A stretch of DNA of 64,000 bases, from NCBI GenBank assembly GCA_964016885.1, contig OZ024745.1, positions 96,472,001 to 96,536,000 on the forward strand. Reading direction: 5' to 3'. This document shows positions 13,952-25,520 of this stretch, in pieces. The notes beneath the pieces are model-generated. The model did no database searches and was not told the DNA's origin. It saw only the letters and a program-made list of their open reading frames with translations. This stretch comes from Eledone cirrhosa (taxonomy: Eukaryota). A program made the translations under genes and the position numbers. Each line of letters opens with the position of its first letter. The first letter of the stretch is position 1.

Positions 13952-14296
13952 ATTGAGGAAAAGGAGGAGGAGAGGAAAGGAGTACAAGCTCTTCGTACTC
14001 CTGGAGATGAGGGTTGCACATTTTTTCGGGGGTATGTGTTACCCATATAAACTGTCTCCCTCTATTGGGGAAAATCGACTAACTTTTTAAATTCCATCTG
14101 TGATAACATTTTACACGTTTTTATTGTATGTAAACTTCCCCCTTTGTATTTGTCCCCTTCTTTTGTGCCCCTGTGGCTAATAAAGAAATATATCTATCTA
14201 TCTATCTATTTCGCCCCATTCAGGGGCGGAATATCCATTTAAAAATTTTTTCTCCATCGAATCTTGGAAAAAATATTGTAAAATTTTGATTACGTT

Positions 14297-16210
14297 ATGA
14301 ACGCTGCGTCCAACGATAATGGTGGTGGAGAGGCGGTAAGACTAAGCTCGCAGTCAACAACGTCTTCTTCACTAGATACTATAGAGATGGAAAGACAAAA
14401 TGAAAATAAAAAAACGAATTCATATCCAAACAACACAAATGACACCAAACAGCTCAATGACAACAAAAATAACAGCAAAACCAATAATGATGATAAAAGC
14501 AACAATGATAACAACAACAAAGAAAAAAATAAAGACAACGCCAATAACACCAGCATCAAAGACAACAACAACACCAAGGAAAATACGGATGATACCAACA
14601 TCGGTGACAACAAGAATAACAACAAGAATAACAACAATAATGACAACACCACCAATACGGATTCCACAAAGAAACCAAAAATCTCCTTTGCAGAGAAAGT
14701 TCAAAAGAAAGAACAATTGATATATCTCGACATACCAAATGCTGAACACTTTTTAAAGGACGCTAAGAGATATGTCACCTTCGAAAAAAATGGTGCTTTC
14801 AGCATCAATTCTCCGGTAGAAATTCGCAAGGAAACTGCTCTCAAAACGATAGTTTTTAGGACAGTTTCCAATTCTACCCGAAAACCAGTCCAATTGTCAC
14901 AGAAAGATATTGAACTGGTTTTCAAAGATTCAATGAATGATATTGCATTCATTCAAAGAAGCAAACTTTTTGGGAGTATTTCGGTACTCATGAAGGATCA
15001 ATTGACGGCCCAAAATTACTCTGTGTCGCCAATTGTATCCAACATGTACACCTTTTTCCCTACATACATGGGAAAAAGGACACAAAAGATCAAAATCACA
15101 AGTGTCACACCAAAGGTGAACATATGGTGGATACTGTGCGGCTTCATCAATTTTGATGAAGACAGAATACTGTCAGTAGGCAAGTCCCCCAGAGATGTAT
15201 TCAATGGGACTAGCATTGAAGTTCTGGTGCAAATGAGCCCAGAGCGAATAGCTATGATCCCACAGCGTGTACTCCTGGACGGACTCACCTACATAAACCT
15301 TTCGGTTGAGGGTAGGCGGCCTTCATGTTACCATTGCTTTAGCAGGGGTCACCTGAGGGCTTCCTGTCCTAAACTAATGAACCAAAAAATGGCTCTTCTG
15401 CCGACACCCATCAAAACAACACAACCACCAACACCACCACAACAACAACGACACCAACACACAAAAATAACCACAACAAACACAGTCCCACCCAACCCCA
15501 CTCCACCTAAAACCACTGCAAAATCACATACAGACACAACAGCTCCCCAAGACATACCCCTCCCCAATCACACAGACGATACAACAGATGAGGCTATCTC
15601 GCCATCACCCAGTGAAGACGAGGGAGAACCCCATCGCTCGAAAAGAAAGAAAAGACATCACAAAAGCAAAAAACCAGCAAACACTACCACAAACATACAA
15701 CCACCAACACAAACAACAAAAATATCACAAACAAAACCCCCACCTCCTGAAAACAAAATACCTACAACAAAACGAAAGCACACACAAGAACTACAGACAA
15801 AAACAAACACAACACAAGAAAATTACACTTACACTTACATAAACACTGAAAACAAAACACTAATGGAGACCATCACGAACGACCCTTCGGTGAAAACCGA
15901 AGGGAAAACTTTCGCCCACTCTATTAAAAATAGCAAAAAACTGAACCTAAAACTGATTAGGGTCCCTATACAAACTTATAGGTCCCTAAAAGAAACATTT
16001 GAGAAGGATGTGGGGAATTCCTGCGTGAAACCACTCAACCGCGTCCTTCTCAAATGCCTCCCCACCCCAGACACCCCCATCCCACCAGACCCCACCCCAC
16101 CAAACATCCGCATCCCCACCCCACCGGAAACCACCACATATCCAGACAACCCCTCCAACACCCCCATGGAAATCGTGCGGCCTGGTCCCCAGGAGGCGAA
16201 GGGTGAGTGA
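14297..16210 (+). CDS. ORF1 protein of D2 (637 aa), CCHC zinc-knuckle protein
   Basis: Intact ORF, near-identical to D1 ORF1 (one-codon indel plus substitutions). Confidence 0.9.
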   Translation: MNAASNDNGGGEAVRLSSQSTTSSSLDTIEMERQNENKKTNSYPNNTNDTKQLNDNKNNSKTNNDDKSNNDNNNKEKNKDNANNTSIKDNNNTKENTDDTNIGDNKNNNKNNNNNDNTTNTDSTKKPKISFAEKVQKKEQLIYLDIPNAEHFLKDAKRYVTFEKNGAFSINSPVEIRKETALKTIVFRTVSNSTRKPVQLSQKDIELVFKDSMNDIAFIQRSKLFGSISVLMKDQLTAQNYSVSPIVSNMYTFFPTYMGKRTQKIKITSVTPKVNIWWILCGFINFDEDRILSVGKSPRDVFNGTSIEVLVQMSPERIAMIPQRVLLDGLTYINLSVEGRRPSCYHCFSRGHLRASCPKLMNQKMALLPTPIKTTQPPTPPQQQRHQHTKITTTNTVPPNPTPPKTTAKSHTDTTAPQDIPLPNHTDDTTDEAISPSPSEDEGEPHRSKRKKRHHKSKKPANTTTNIQPPTQTTKISQTKPPPPENKIPTTKRKHTQELQTKTNTTQENYTYTYINTENKTLMETITNDPSVKTEGKTFAHSIKNSKKLNLKLIRVPIQTYRSLKETFEKDVGNSCVKPLNRVLLKCLPTPDTPIPPDPTPPNIRIPTPPETTTYPDNPSNTPMEIVRPGPQEAKGE

Positions 16211-16243
16211 TCTCTTTTCCTCTTTTAACTTTTCAGCACCAAC

Positions 16244-19200
16244 ATGGCCAATATAAGAGTTGGATGTGTGAACGTACGCGGCCTGGGGATGCCCTGGAAA
16301 CAGGGCAAACTCTTAAACGACCTCAGGTCGCACAGTATGGATGTGGTAGCCATTTGCGAGTCCAGGATCTACAGCGAGCGACAGCTGGCCCCCATCTTCG
16401 ATGACTTTGAGATCTACGCATCTCTCTGTCAACCGGGGGGAGGGGGCGGAGTTGCCGTTTTGCTGCGGAAACACCTGGGCCTCGTAACACAGACAGTACA
16501 TCTGGACCCGGAGGGTCGACTGGTGGTCCTAGACGTTGACGGTAGTGAAGGTGGAGCCTTCAGGCTGGTGGCCGCATATGCCCCATCCGGGACACCGCGG
16601 CCAGACTTCTTCAAACGTCTAGAGACTTTTCTGGGAACGTCCCGCTCCTTGCTTCTAGTGGGGGACTGGAATGGAATCCTAGATGCACGTTGGGACTATG
16701 TGGGAGCATGTCCCGATAAAGGGGGGTGTAACAGCCTCAAACAGTTAATCGACCGATTTGACCTGGCCGATAGATATCGACTAGATTTTCCGACTGCGCC
16801 AATGTGGACGTGGAGTAATCGTAGCGGAACATCTAGATCGTACCTAGATAGGGTTCTAGTTAGAAATAAGGATAGGGACATGTTAAGCTGTCCACAAATG
16901 TTCATGGTTGCCTATTCAGATCACAAACTAGTGACCTGCATGGCCAACCTTGATAGAACCCATAGACAAGGACCCGGCTACTGGAAGCTGAACTTGTCGT
17001 TACCGACAAGCAAAGCCTACAGTAGACGGATTAGCACTTTAGTTAAACAGCACTTGACAGGGGCCATTGTCAACAACAGATGGTGGTACTCTCTCAAGAG
17101 GGCAGTTAGATTAGACTCGATAGTTTTTAGTAAAGAATTAGCGTTAGATAGAAATAGAACCGAGAAGGAACTGGTAGATAAAGTAGAAGAGGCAATTAGA
17201 AGTGGCAACGTAGCCAGCGTGCTAGCAACGAGAACGGCCTTGGACCAGTTCTTCGACGCAAAGCACGAGGGCTGCGTTGTCAGAAGCAAAATACGTGCTC
17301 TGGGAAACGAGGGAGCCAAAGCTGTTAGCTGGGCCCGAGTGACGGAGGCAAAAAGTGGCAACAAGTCCACGATTCGGTCTTTGAAGGACCAAAACGGACG
17401 CGTGATACGTGAGCCGAAGCAGATGTGTGCGGCTTTTCAGCGGCACTTTGCTCGGCTGTTCGGGGGGAGCGGCGCGCCGGGAGAGGCTATGGATTTCGGT
17501 CCATACCTCGACGGCCTACCGCGACTCTCGGACAGCGAGGCAAAGTTCTGCGAAAAGCCGATTTCAGCCACTGAGATAGGGGACGCGCTGAGCCAATGCG
17601 GCAAACGCAAATCTCCAGGTCTCGACGGTCTACCCTACGAATTTTACGTAGCAATGTCGGACTTATTCTCCGGTCTCCTGGAAGCGGTCTACTGCAACTG
17701 GCAACAGAACGGAAGAATTCCCAGTTCTGTAACCGGGGGCGTGGTCACACTAATCAGGAAGGACGAGAATAAGGGGGATGACATAGGAAACTTCCGGCCC
17801 ATAGCTCTGCTAAACACAGAGTTACAGATTTTGGCCAAGGTGTTGGCAAAGAGGCTGGCGCTTGTCGTCGAGAACCTGGTGGGAGAAGCGTAGACATGCG
17901 CAATCCCGACCAGGTCCATACACGACAACCTCCACCTCATGCGATACATCATAGAGAGGGTAGGGTGTAAACCCGGCTTCGGTGGGTCCCTGATCAACTC
18001 GGAACAGTCTAAGGCTTTCGCTAGGGATGACCATCGTTACCTGGATGCGGTGCTCGAGGCGGCAGGCTTCGGACCCGTGTTCAGGGGCTGGATTGCTGCA
18101 ATGCACAACAGCAACATCTGCTCAAGGGTCAAGGTGAACGGTTACCTCTCGGAGCCGTTCCATATTACGCGATTCATTCGACAGGGATGCCCTCTCTCCT
18201 CACTTCTGTACGTACTGACTCTCGAGCCATTACTGCGGAAGCTGGAGCTATTGCAGGGCATCCCTCTGGTACCGGGACTGCGGAAAGCGGCGTCGGCCTA
18301 CGCCGACGACGTGACAGTAATGGTGTCGAGCGCCTCGCAAATCGAGGAAGTCGGCACCTTACTAAAGGAATACGAAAGTCTCACAGGAGCGAAGCTGAAC
18401 CGGGACAAGTCCATCGGTTTGCAACACGGATCGTGGAGAGGCAGACCGATGACTTCCGATGGCGTCGTCGGACGCTGGACGGAAGGACCGGTAAAGCTGC
18501 TCGGGGTCTGGTTTGGTCCGGACCTCCAGGTGGAGAAGAACTGGAACGAAGTGACGGCCAAGGTGTTTGCACTCACCCAGAAGTGGGCCGAGTGCAAACT
18601 ATCCTTGAAAGGTCGAGCGGAGGTGGCGAACACTTTTATAGCGTCCGCCATCTACTACCGCTTGACCGTCGTGCCTTGTCCAGCCAAAACGCTCGCCAAA
18701 ATGGAGCGCGCGCTCTTCCGATTCCTTTGGAAGAGGCGGGCTCCTTTGGTGAGAAGATCCATCTGCTGCCAACACCCTTCTAACGGAGGGCTGGGGATGC
18801 CGTGGTTGACGATGCGCAAACACGCGCTCAGGCTGCGGCATCTCTACGTATTCCTCACCGGACAACCGGTGTGGGCCCCGTTCGTGAGGCGAGCCTTCCC
18901 ACGACTCGTCTCGCTGACCGAGCTGCAGTCCTGGGTCAAGCAAAGACCGAGGAAAATGGGCGACTGGCACATCGAATGTGCTCAGGTGCTCACAGCCCTC
19001 TGGCAGGCGGACCCGGCAATCAGTGGAGACTCCACTTCGTCATTCTATAGAGGGTTGGTCCGCAGCAAGTGCGACGACGCGCTCGGTGAAACTCTAGGCG
19101 TAGAGGAGGATGAACTGGCCAGTCTGTTCGGTAGGACCTTCCGCCCGGGACCGATGGACAACTTCCAAAAGTCCCTGGCCTGGCAGTGCTACCGAGGAGC

Positions 19201-19681
19201 TCTACCAGTTCGAGACAAGCTCTACAGACATGGGCGCCCGGGCAGGGACCCTGCAAAAAAGATCTGTCCGAGGTGCGTGCGAGACGAAGAAACCGTCGCG
19301 CACGCATTCATACACTGCCCGGGCGTCACTGACCTGTGGGGCTATGTAGAACGACTATTGTCGCGGGTGGGACCAATCCAGTTGACCACCGAGTCCATTG
19401 TCATGATCAAACCGCCACCCTCCTTCAAAAACGAAGGAGAGGCGGTTTTCCTTTGTGTGATAGCTATGGCGAAAGAGGTTGTATGGTGGACAAGGTTGAA
19501 AGGGCTGAGGTCAGACACCTTTCTCTCCGGCCAACAACTGATTCTTTTTTTCAAATACCACTTTGGAAGAAGAATCAGGATGGAGAGAGAGGTGCTGTAC
19601 CCCAGCAAGTTTTATGAAAGGTGGGTGAAAGTGGCGAGAATGGCCCGAGTGAATGGGCCTTCTCTCTATATCAGCCTTTAG
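16244..19681 (+). pseudogene. ORF2 of D2 (APE-RT-CCHC, ~1145 codons) with one in-frame TAG at 17891-17893
   Basis: ORFs 16244-17893 and 17939-19681 share a frame, and D1 has CAG at the stop. The RT motif reads NSEQSKAFARDDH instead of NLDQSKAFDRVDH. Confidence 0.93.
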
Positions 19682-19919
19682 GTTGAGGAAAAGGAGGAGG
19701 AGAGGAAAGGAGTACAAGCTCTTCGTACTCCTGGAGATGAGGGTTGCACATTTTTTTTCGGGGGTATGTGTTACCCATATAAACTGTCTCCCTCTATTGG
19801 GGAAAATCGACTAACTTTTTAAATTCCATTTGTGATAACATTTTACACGTTTTTATTGTGTGTAAACTTCCCCCTTTGTATTTGTCCCCTTCTTTTGTGC
19901 CCCAGTGGCTAATAAAGAA

Positions 19920-19920
<1 letters not shown>

Positions 19921-19995
<75 letters not shown>
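19921..19995 (+). repeat. (TCTA)n microsatellite between D2 and C2
   Basis: Direct reading, about 18 units. Confidence 0.97.
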
Positions 19996-19999
<4 letters not shown>

Positions 20000-22900
20000 G
20001 TCTGACGCGTGAAACATCGCCTGTAAGATTTTTTCTAAATTTATATACGAATAACAGAACAAATTGTTTAAAAAAACATATTATTTTGTAGATTAACCCC
20101 GAAGCTGAATTGGCAGCCGGGTGGTAATCCCATTTTTGGCCCCTTTAGGGGCGAACATTTTATTTTAAAAATTGTTTTAAAATATCAGATTTTACAAACT
20201 AAATAACTTGAACAACACAAGAACGCTGGAGAAAACGTCAATAGAGAAAAGAGAGAGAAAGAGGCAGATATTAACGTTATATATGCTTCTGCTACTATGG
20301 ACCTCGCCGTAGATACGACTGTCAACAAAGAGAAAAAAATGTTACCACTTGAAGATTTTAAAATTTCTACCGTCGAAGCGGAGAAAAATAACAATAACAC
20401 AGAAAAACACAGGAATTAAACCTATTAACATACATACACATGAAAAAGATATCAACAACTCCACAGATACATCTACACATAATGTTTCACCTCGTCAAGG
20501 AACTGAGATTTCCAACACCGAGGCTAACAACGATAACAACAACAACAACAGCAACACCACACAGAAAAAGAAAATGTCTTTCGCTGAAACAGTGAACAAA
20601 AAACAAGATTTTATAAATCTTGATATCTCCAATGCAAGAGATATGCTCCAGCAAGGGAGAAAATTTGTAACTTACGAAGAAAAAGGTGGGTTTAGAATTA
20701 ACTCAACCCTTGAAATAAAGGAAGACACAATTCGCAGATCAGTCACCTTTAGGACTGTGTCAAATTCCACAAGAAAGCCGACATTTGTTAGCCAAGCAGA
20801 TATATAAGCTACATTCAAGGAAATTCTAGCAAATATCGATTTTCTCCAGCGAGAAAAACAGTACGGAAGTGTTTCCGTACTGTTTAAAAGCGAGGCACTC
20901 GCCCAAAAACATTCTGTGACACCAATGGTGTCAAAAGCATACACGTTTTTCCTTACATACATGGGAAAAAGGACACAAAGAAAAAAATATACCCCCAAAC
21001 ATTAACATCTGGTGGATCTTGGCTGGTTTTGTAGAGCCAGAAACTGATACGATTCTTTCGATACGAAAATCTATTCGACAAAGGTGGGCGGGTACTGATT
21101 TGGAGATTCCGTTGCAAATGAAACCGGAGAGAATCTCCAAAATACCCGAATGGTCACTAGTTATACGATGATAACATCGATAATAACAACGACGGATGAA
21201 GCTGCTTCTCCTTCTTTAAGTGAAGAAGAGGGAGAACCGCGGAAATCTAAAAAACAAAAAAAGAGACACCACAAACCCCCCAAAACTACAATCACCAACA
21301 TCAACACACAACCACAGACACAAACAACAACACAAACAGCACCACATTCAAAAATCACCCTATCAGCAAAACCAACACCAACACCACCCCAAACACAAGC
21401 ACCCACCATAAAAAGAAAACTCCCGGACGAACAACAAACTAAAACAACACAGCAAAAACAAAAACAACAATACGCATACATCAACACAAACAACAAGAAT
21501 TTGATGCAGATCATCTCCCAAAACCCCAAGGTGGAGACGGAGGGCAAAACTTTCGTCAAGGCAGAATCGTCTCCACACCTTAAACTTATAAGGGTTTCCA
21601 TGGAAACCTATAATGACCTAAAAAATAAATTTTCACAGGACGTGGGCAACCCCTGCCAGAAACCCATCAACCGCGTCCTGTTAAAATGTTTCCCCACCCC
21701 ACCCAACACCCCATACAGCACCCAAATGGAGATTGAACAACCCAATCTCCAGGAAACGGAAAGGTAAGTGCACTACTCTTCTTCACCAACATGGCTAGTT
21801 TACGAGTTGAAAGCGTGAATGTGCGTGGCCAGGGGATGCCATGGAAACAGGGCCAACATTTAAACGATTTTAGGTCACACGGTATGGATGTGATAGCTAT
21901 CACCGAGTCCAGGATCCACAACTAACCCCCATCTTCGACGACTTTGAGATCTACGCATCTCTCTGTCAGCCAGCAGGTGGGGGTGGACTGGTTGTCATGT
22001 TTCGGAAGAACCTGTACGTCGAAGTACATCAAGTACACTTGGACCCGGAGGGTAGACTGGTAATCCTAGACGTGAACAGTATTGGAGGTGGAGCCTTCAG
22101 ACTGGTGGCCGTTTATGCCCCGACCGGGCAATCACAATCACGGCCAGATTTCTTTAAGCGTCTAGAGTCTTTTTTGGGAACATCTCGCTCCTTGCTTTTA
22201 GTGGGGGACTGGAATGGTATCCTAGATGCACGATGGAACTATGTGGGAGAATGTCCCAGTAGAGGTGGGGGGGGGGGGGGGGGGTGCAACAACCTCTAAA
22301 CTTTAATCTGCCAAATCCAACTGGCCGATAGGTATCGACTGGATTTCCTGACTGCATCACAGTGTGGACGTGGACAAACCGCAGCGGGACATCTAGATCG
22401 TATTTAGATAGGTTCTTCATTAGAGAAAGGGACAAGGAGATGTTAAGCTCTCCACGATTGCACATGGTTGCCTATTCAGAACACAAATTAGTCGTCTGCT
22501 TAGTCAACCGTGGTAAAACACATAAACAAGGACCCGGATACTGAAAGTTGAACGTGTCGTTGCCGGCACGTAAAGCTTACAGTGAACGGATAAGTAGACT
22601 AGTCAAGCAACAGTTAACGGGAGCCATCGTCAACAATAGATGGTGGTACTCTCTCAAGAAAGCAATTAGAATAGAATCGATAGGGTTTAGCAGAGAGTTA
22701 GCCTTAGGGAAAAATAAAAAAGAAAGAGAACTAGTAGCCAAGGTAGAGGAGGCACTTAGTAGTGGCAACGCGGCTAGGGTGTTAGCGTCGAGAACGGCAC
22801 TGGACCAGTTCTTCGATGCGAAACACGAAGGGTGCGTGGTCAGGAGCAAAACACGTGCTCTAGGAAACGAAGGAGCGAAAGCTGTCAGCTGGGCCCGAGT

Positions 22901-25520
22901 GGCGGATGCAAAAAGTGGCAACAAGTCCACGATTCGGTCTTTAAAAGACCAAAACGGACGCGTGCTACTTGACCCCAAGAAAATGTGCACGGCCTTCCAG
23001 TGCGCGACTGTTTGAGCAGAACGACGGTGAACCGAATGGGGCAATGGACTTTAGTTCATACCTCGACGGCTTGCCGCGTCTCTCGAACACGGACGCTGAG
23101 TTCTGCGAAAGACCGATCACGGGCACTGAGATACGGGACGCTCTGGGCCGCTGCTGGAAACGCAAGTCACCCGGTCTAGATGGTCTACCCTATGAGTTTT
23201 ACATAGGCATGCCGGACTTGGTCTCTGGCGTCCTCGAAGCCGTCTACTGCAATTGGCAGCAGAACGGGAGAATTCCCAGTTCTGCAGGCAAGGGCGTAGT
23301 AACGCTGATCAGGAAAGACGAGAACAAGGGGGACGAAATTAACAACTTCAGGTCCATAACTCTGCTAAACACAGAGTTATAGATTTTGGCCAAGGTGCTA
23401 GCGACGAGGTTGGTGCTTGTCGTCGAGAACCTGATAGGGAAAGCGCAAACGTGTGCAATCCCGACCAGGTCAATACACGACAACCTCCACCTCATGCGAT
23501 ACATCATAGAGAGGGTGGATAGTAAACCCGGCTTCGGTGGGACTCTGATCAATTTGGATCTGTCTAAGGCATTCGATAGGGTCGACCATCCATACTTGGA
23601 AGCGGTTCTCAAGGGGACCGGTTTCGATCCCGTGTTCAGAGGCTGGATCGAGGCGATGCACACCAGCATCTACTCGAGGGTCAAGTTGAACGCTACCTAT
23701 CGGGGCCGTTCGCAATCACGCGTTCCATTCGACAGGGATGCCCTCTCTCCTCCATTCAGTATGTATTGTCTCTAGAGCCACTACTGCGGGAATTGGAGCT
23801 GTTGCAGGGCATCCCTCTAGAACCGGGACTGCGCAAAGCGGCGTCGGCTTATGCCGACGACGTGATGGTAATGGTGTCGAGAAGCTCGGAAATCGGGGTG
23901 ATCGGCAACTTACTGAAAGAATACGAAACGCTGACGGAAGCAAAACTAAACCCGGACAAGTCTGTCGGTTTGCAACTCGATACGTGGAGAGGCAAACCGA
24001 TGACGTCCGACAGCGTCGTTGGACGCTGGACGGACGGACAGGTGAAATTGCTCGGGGTCTGGTTCGGTCCAGACCTCCAGGTGGAGAAAAGCTGGAACGA
24101 GGTCACAGCCAATGTGTTTGCGCTCAACCAGAAGTGGGCAGAGTGCAAACTGTCCTTGAAAGGTCGAGCGGAGGTGGCGAACACTTTCATAGCATCCGTC
24201 ATCTACTACCGCTTGACTGTCCTGCCTTGTCCCCGTGAACACCTCTCCAAGATGGAACGCATGCTCTTCCAGTTTCTGTGGAAGAAGCAGGCTCCGCTGG
24301 TGAGGCGATCCGTCTGCTGTCAGCACCCTTCCAACGGAGCGCTGGGAATGCCGTGGCTGATGATGCGCAAACATGCGCTGAGGCTGCGGCAACTCCATGT
24401 ATTCCTCACCGACCCCAAACCGGTGTGGGCATCATTTGAGAGACAGGCTTTCCCACAGCTCGTCTCGCTGACAGAGCTGCAGTCCTGGGTCAAGAAAAGA
24501 CCGAAAACGATGGGCGCCTGGCACATTGAATGCGCTCAGGCGCTCACAGTCCTCTGGCAAGCGGGCGCAGCAATCAGTGAAGACTCCACTTCGACATTCT
24601 ATAGAGGGATTGTACGTTACAAAGGCGACGACGTGCTCGGAGAGACTCTGGGCATCGAAGACGATGAGCTACCAGTCTGTTTGGTAGGACTTTCCGCCCG
24701 GGACCTATGGACAACTTCCAGAGGTCCCTGGCCAGGCAGTGCTACTGAGGAGCTCTACCGGTTCGAGACAAAATCTACAGGCACGGACGCCTCGGCAGGG
24801 ATCCTTCCAAGAAGACGTGTCCAAGATGCGCGCAGGACATTGAAACAGTTCTGCACGCAATTGTACACTGCCCGGGTGTAACCGACCTGTGGAAGTATGC
24901 AGAACAACTGCTGTCGCTTATGGGACAAATCCAATTGACTGCCGAGTCCATAGTAAGGATCAAACCGCCAGCCTCTTTAAAAAACGAAAGAGAGGCGGTT
25001 TTCCTCTGTACGGTGGCTATGGTGAAAGAAGTTATATGGTGGACGAGATTGAGAGGACTGAGGACAGATGCCTTTCTCTCCGGACAACAATTGATTCCCT
25101 TCTTTAAGTATCACTTTAGAAGAAGAATCAGAGTGGAGAGAGAGGCACTGCACCCCAGTAAATTTACTGAAAGGTGGGTGAATGAAGCGAAAATGGCCCG
25201 AGTGATTGGGCCTTCTCTGTTTATAAGCCTGTAGGTTGAGGAAGAGAGCAAAAGGAAGAAGGGAGCACTTGCACAACATGCCCCTGTAGTTGAGGGTTGT
25301 TCTATCGACGGGGTATTAACCCATTTGTGGCGCATCCCTCTATTGGGGATTTCGATTGTTATAATTGTTTGTTTTATATTTTGTACACGATTGTATGTAA
25401 AATCCGTGACATGTCTTTGTTTCGTCCCCTTTTCTTGTGCGCCCTTATGGCTAATAAAGAAATCTATCTATCTACCTATCAGATATATCTACCGATCTAT
25501 TTATCTATTTATACCTATCT
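19996..25520 (+). mobile_element. Tx1-like non-LTR retrotransposon, family C, copy C2 (near full length, decayed)
   Basis: ORF1 remnants 20349-21767, with the knuckle region deleted near 21150. ORF2 remnants from ATG 21791 to 25234 with APE motifs and YADD. AATAAA at 25453, then degenerate (TATC)n to 25520. Confidence 0.92.

Larger units (their letters stand above)
8491..14209 (+). mobile_element. Tx1-like non-LTR retrotransposon, family D, copy D1 (young, ~5.7 kb)
   Basis: Intact ORF1, ORF2 with two frameshifts, a structured 3' UTR, AATAAA at 14179 and (TATC)n at 14191-14209. Flanked by (TATC)n on both sides. Confidence 0.95.
14210..19920 (+). mobile_element. Tx1-like non-LTR retrotransposon, family D, copy D2 (tandem with D1)
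   Basis: Near-identical to D1 and starts at the same 5' base (TTCGCCCCATTCAGGGGCGG). AATAAA at 19911 is followed by (TCTA)n. Confidence 0.95.

Noticed and set aside
17891-17893. Programmed read-through of TAG in D2 ORF2
   Set aside because: D1 and other copies have Gln (CAG/CAA) here, so it is a simple nonsense change.
8420-19995. Short repeats separating long units, considered as a CRISPR-like or LTR arrangement
   Set aside because: The separators are simple microsatellites and the units are non-LTR elements. There are no spacers, cas genes, LTRs, integrase or primer-binding site.
20091-20165. Possible HDV-like ribozyme (GG-hairpin-CGAA) in the family C 5' UTR
   Set aside because: I could not find P1, P2 or P3 pairings by eye, so it is kept only as a hairpin observation.
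21151-21163. TGGTCACTAGTTA at the C2 ORF1 deletion junction matches 8343-8355
   Set aside because: A 13-bp match could be a templated filler but is too short to distinguish from chance.
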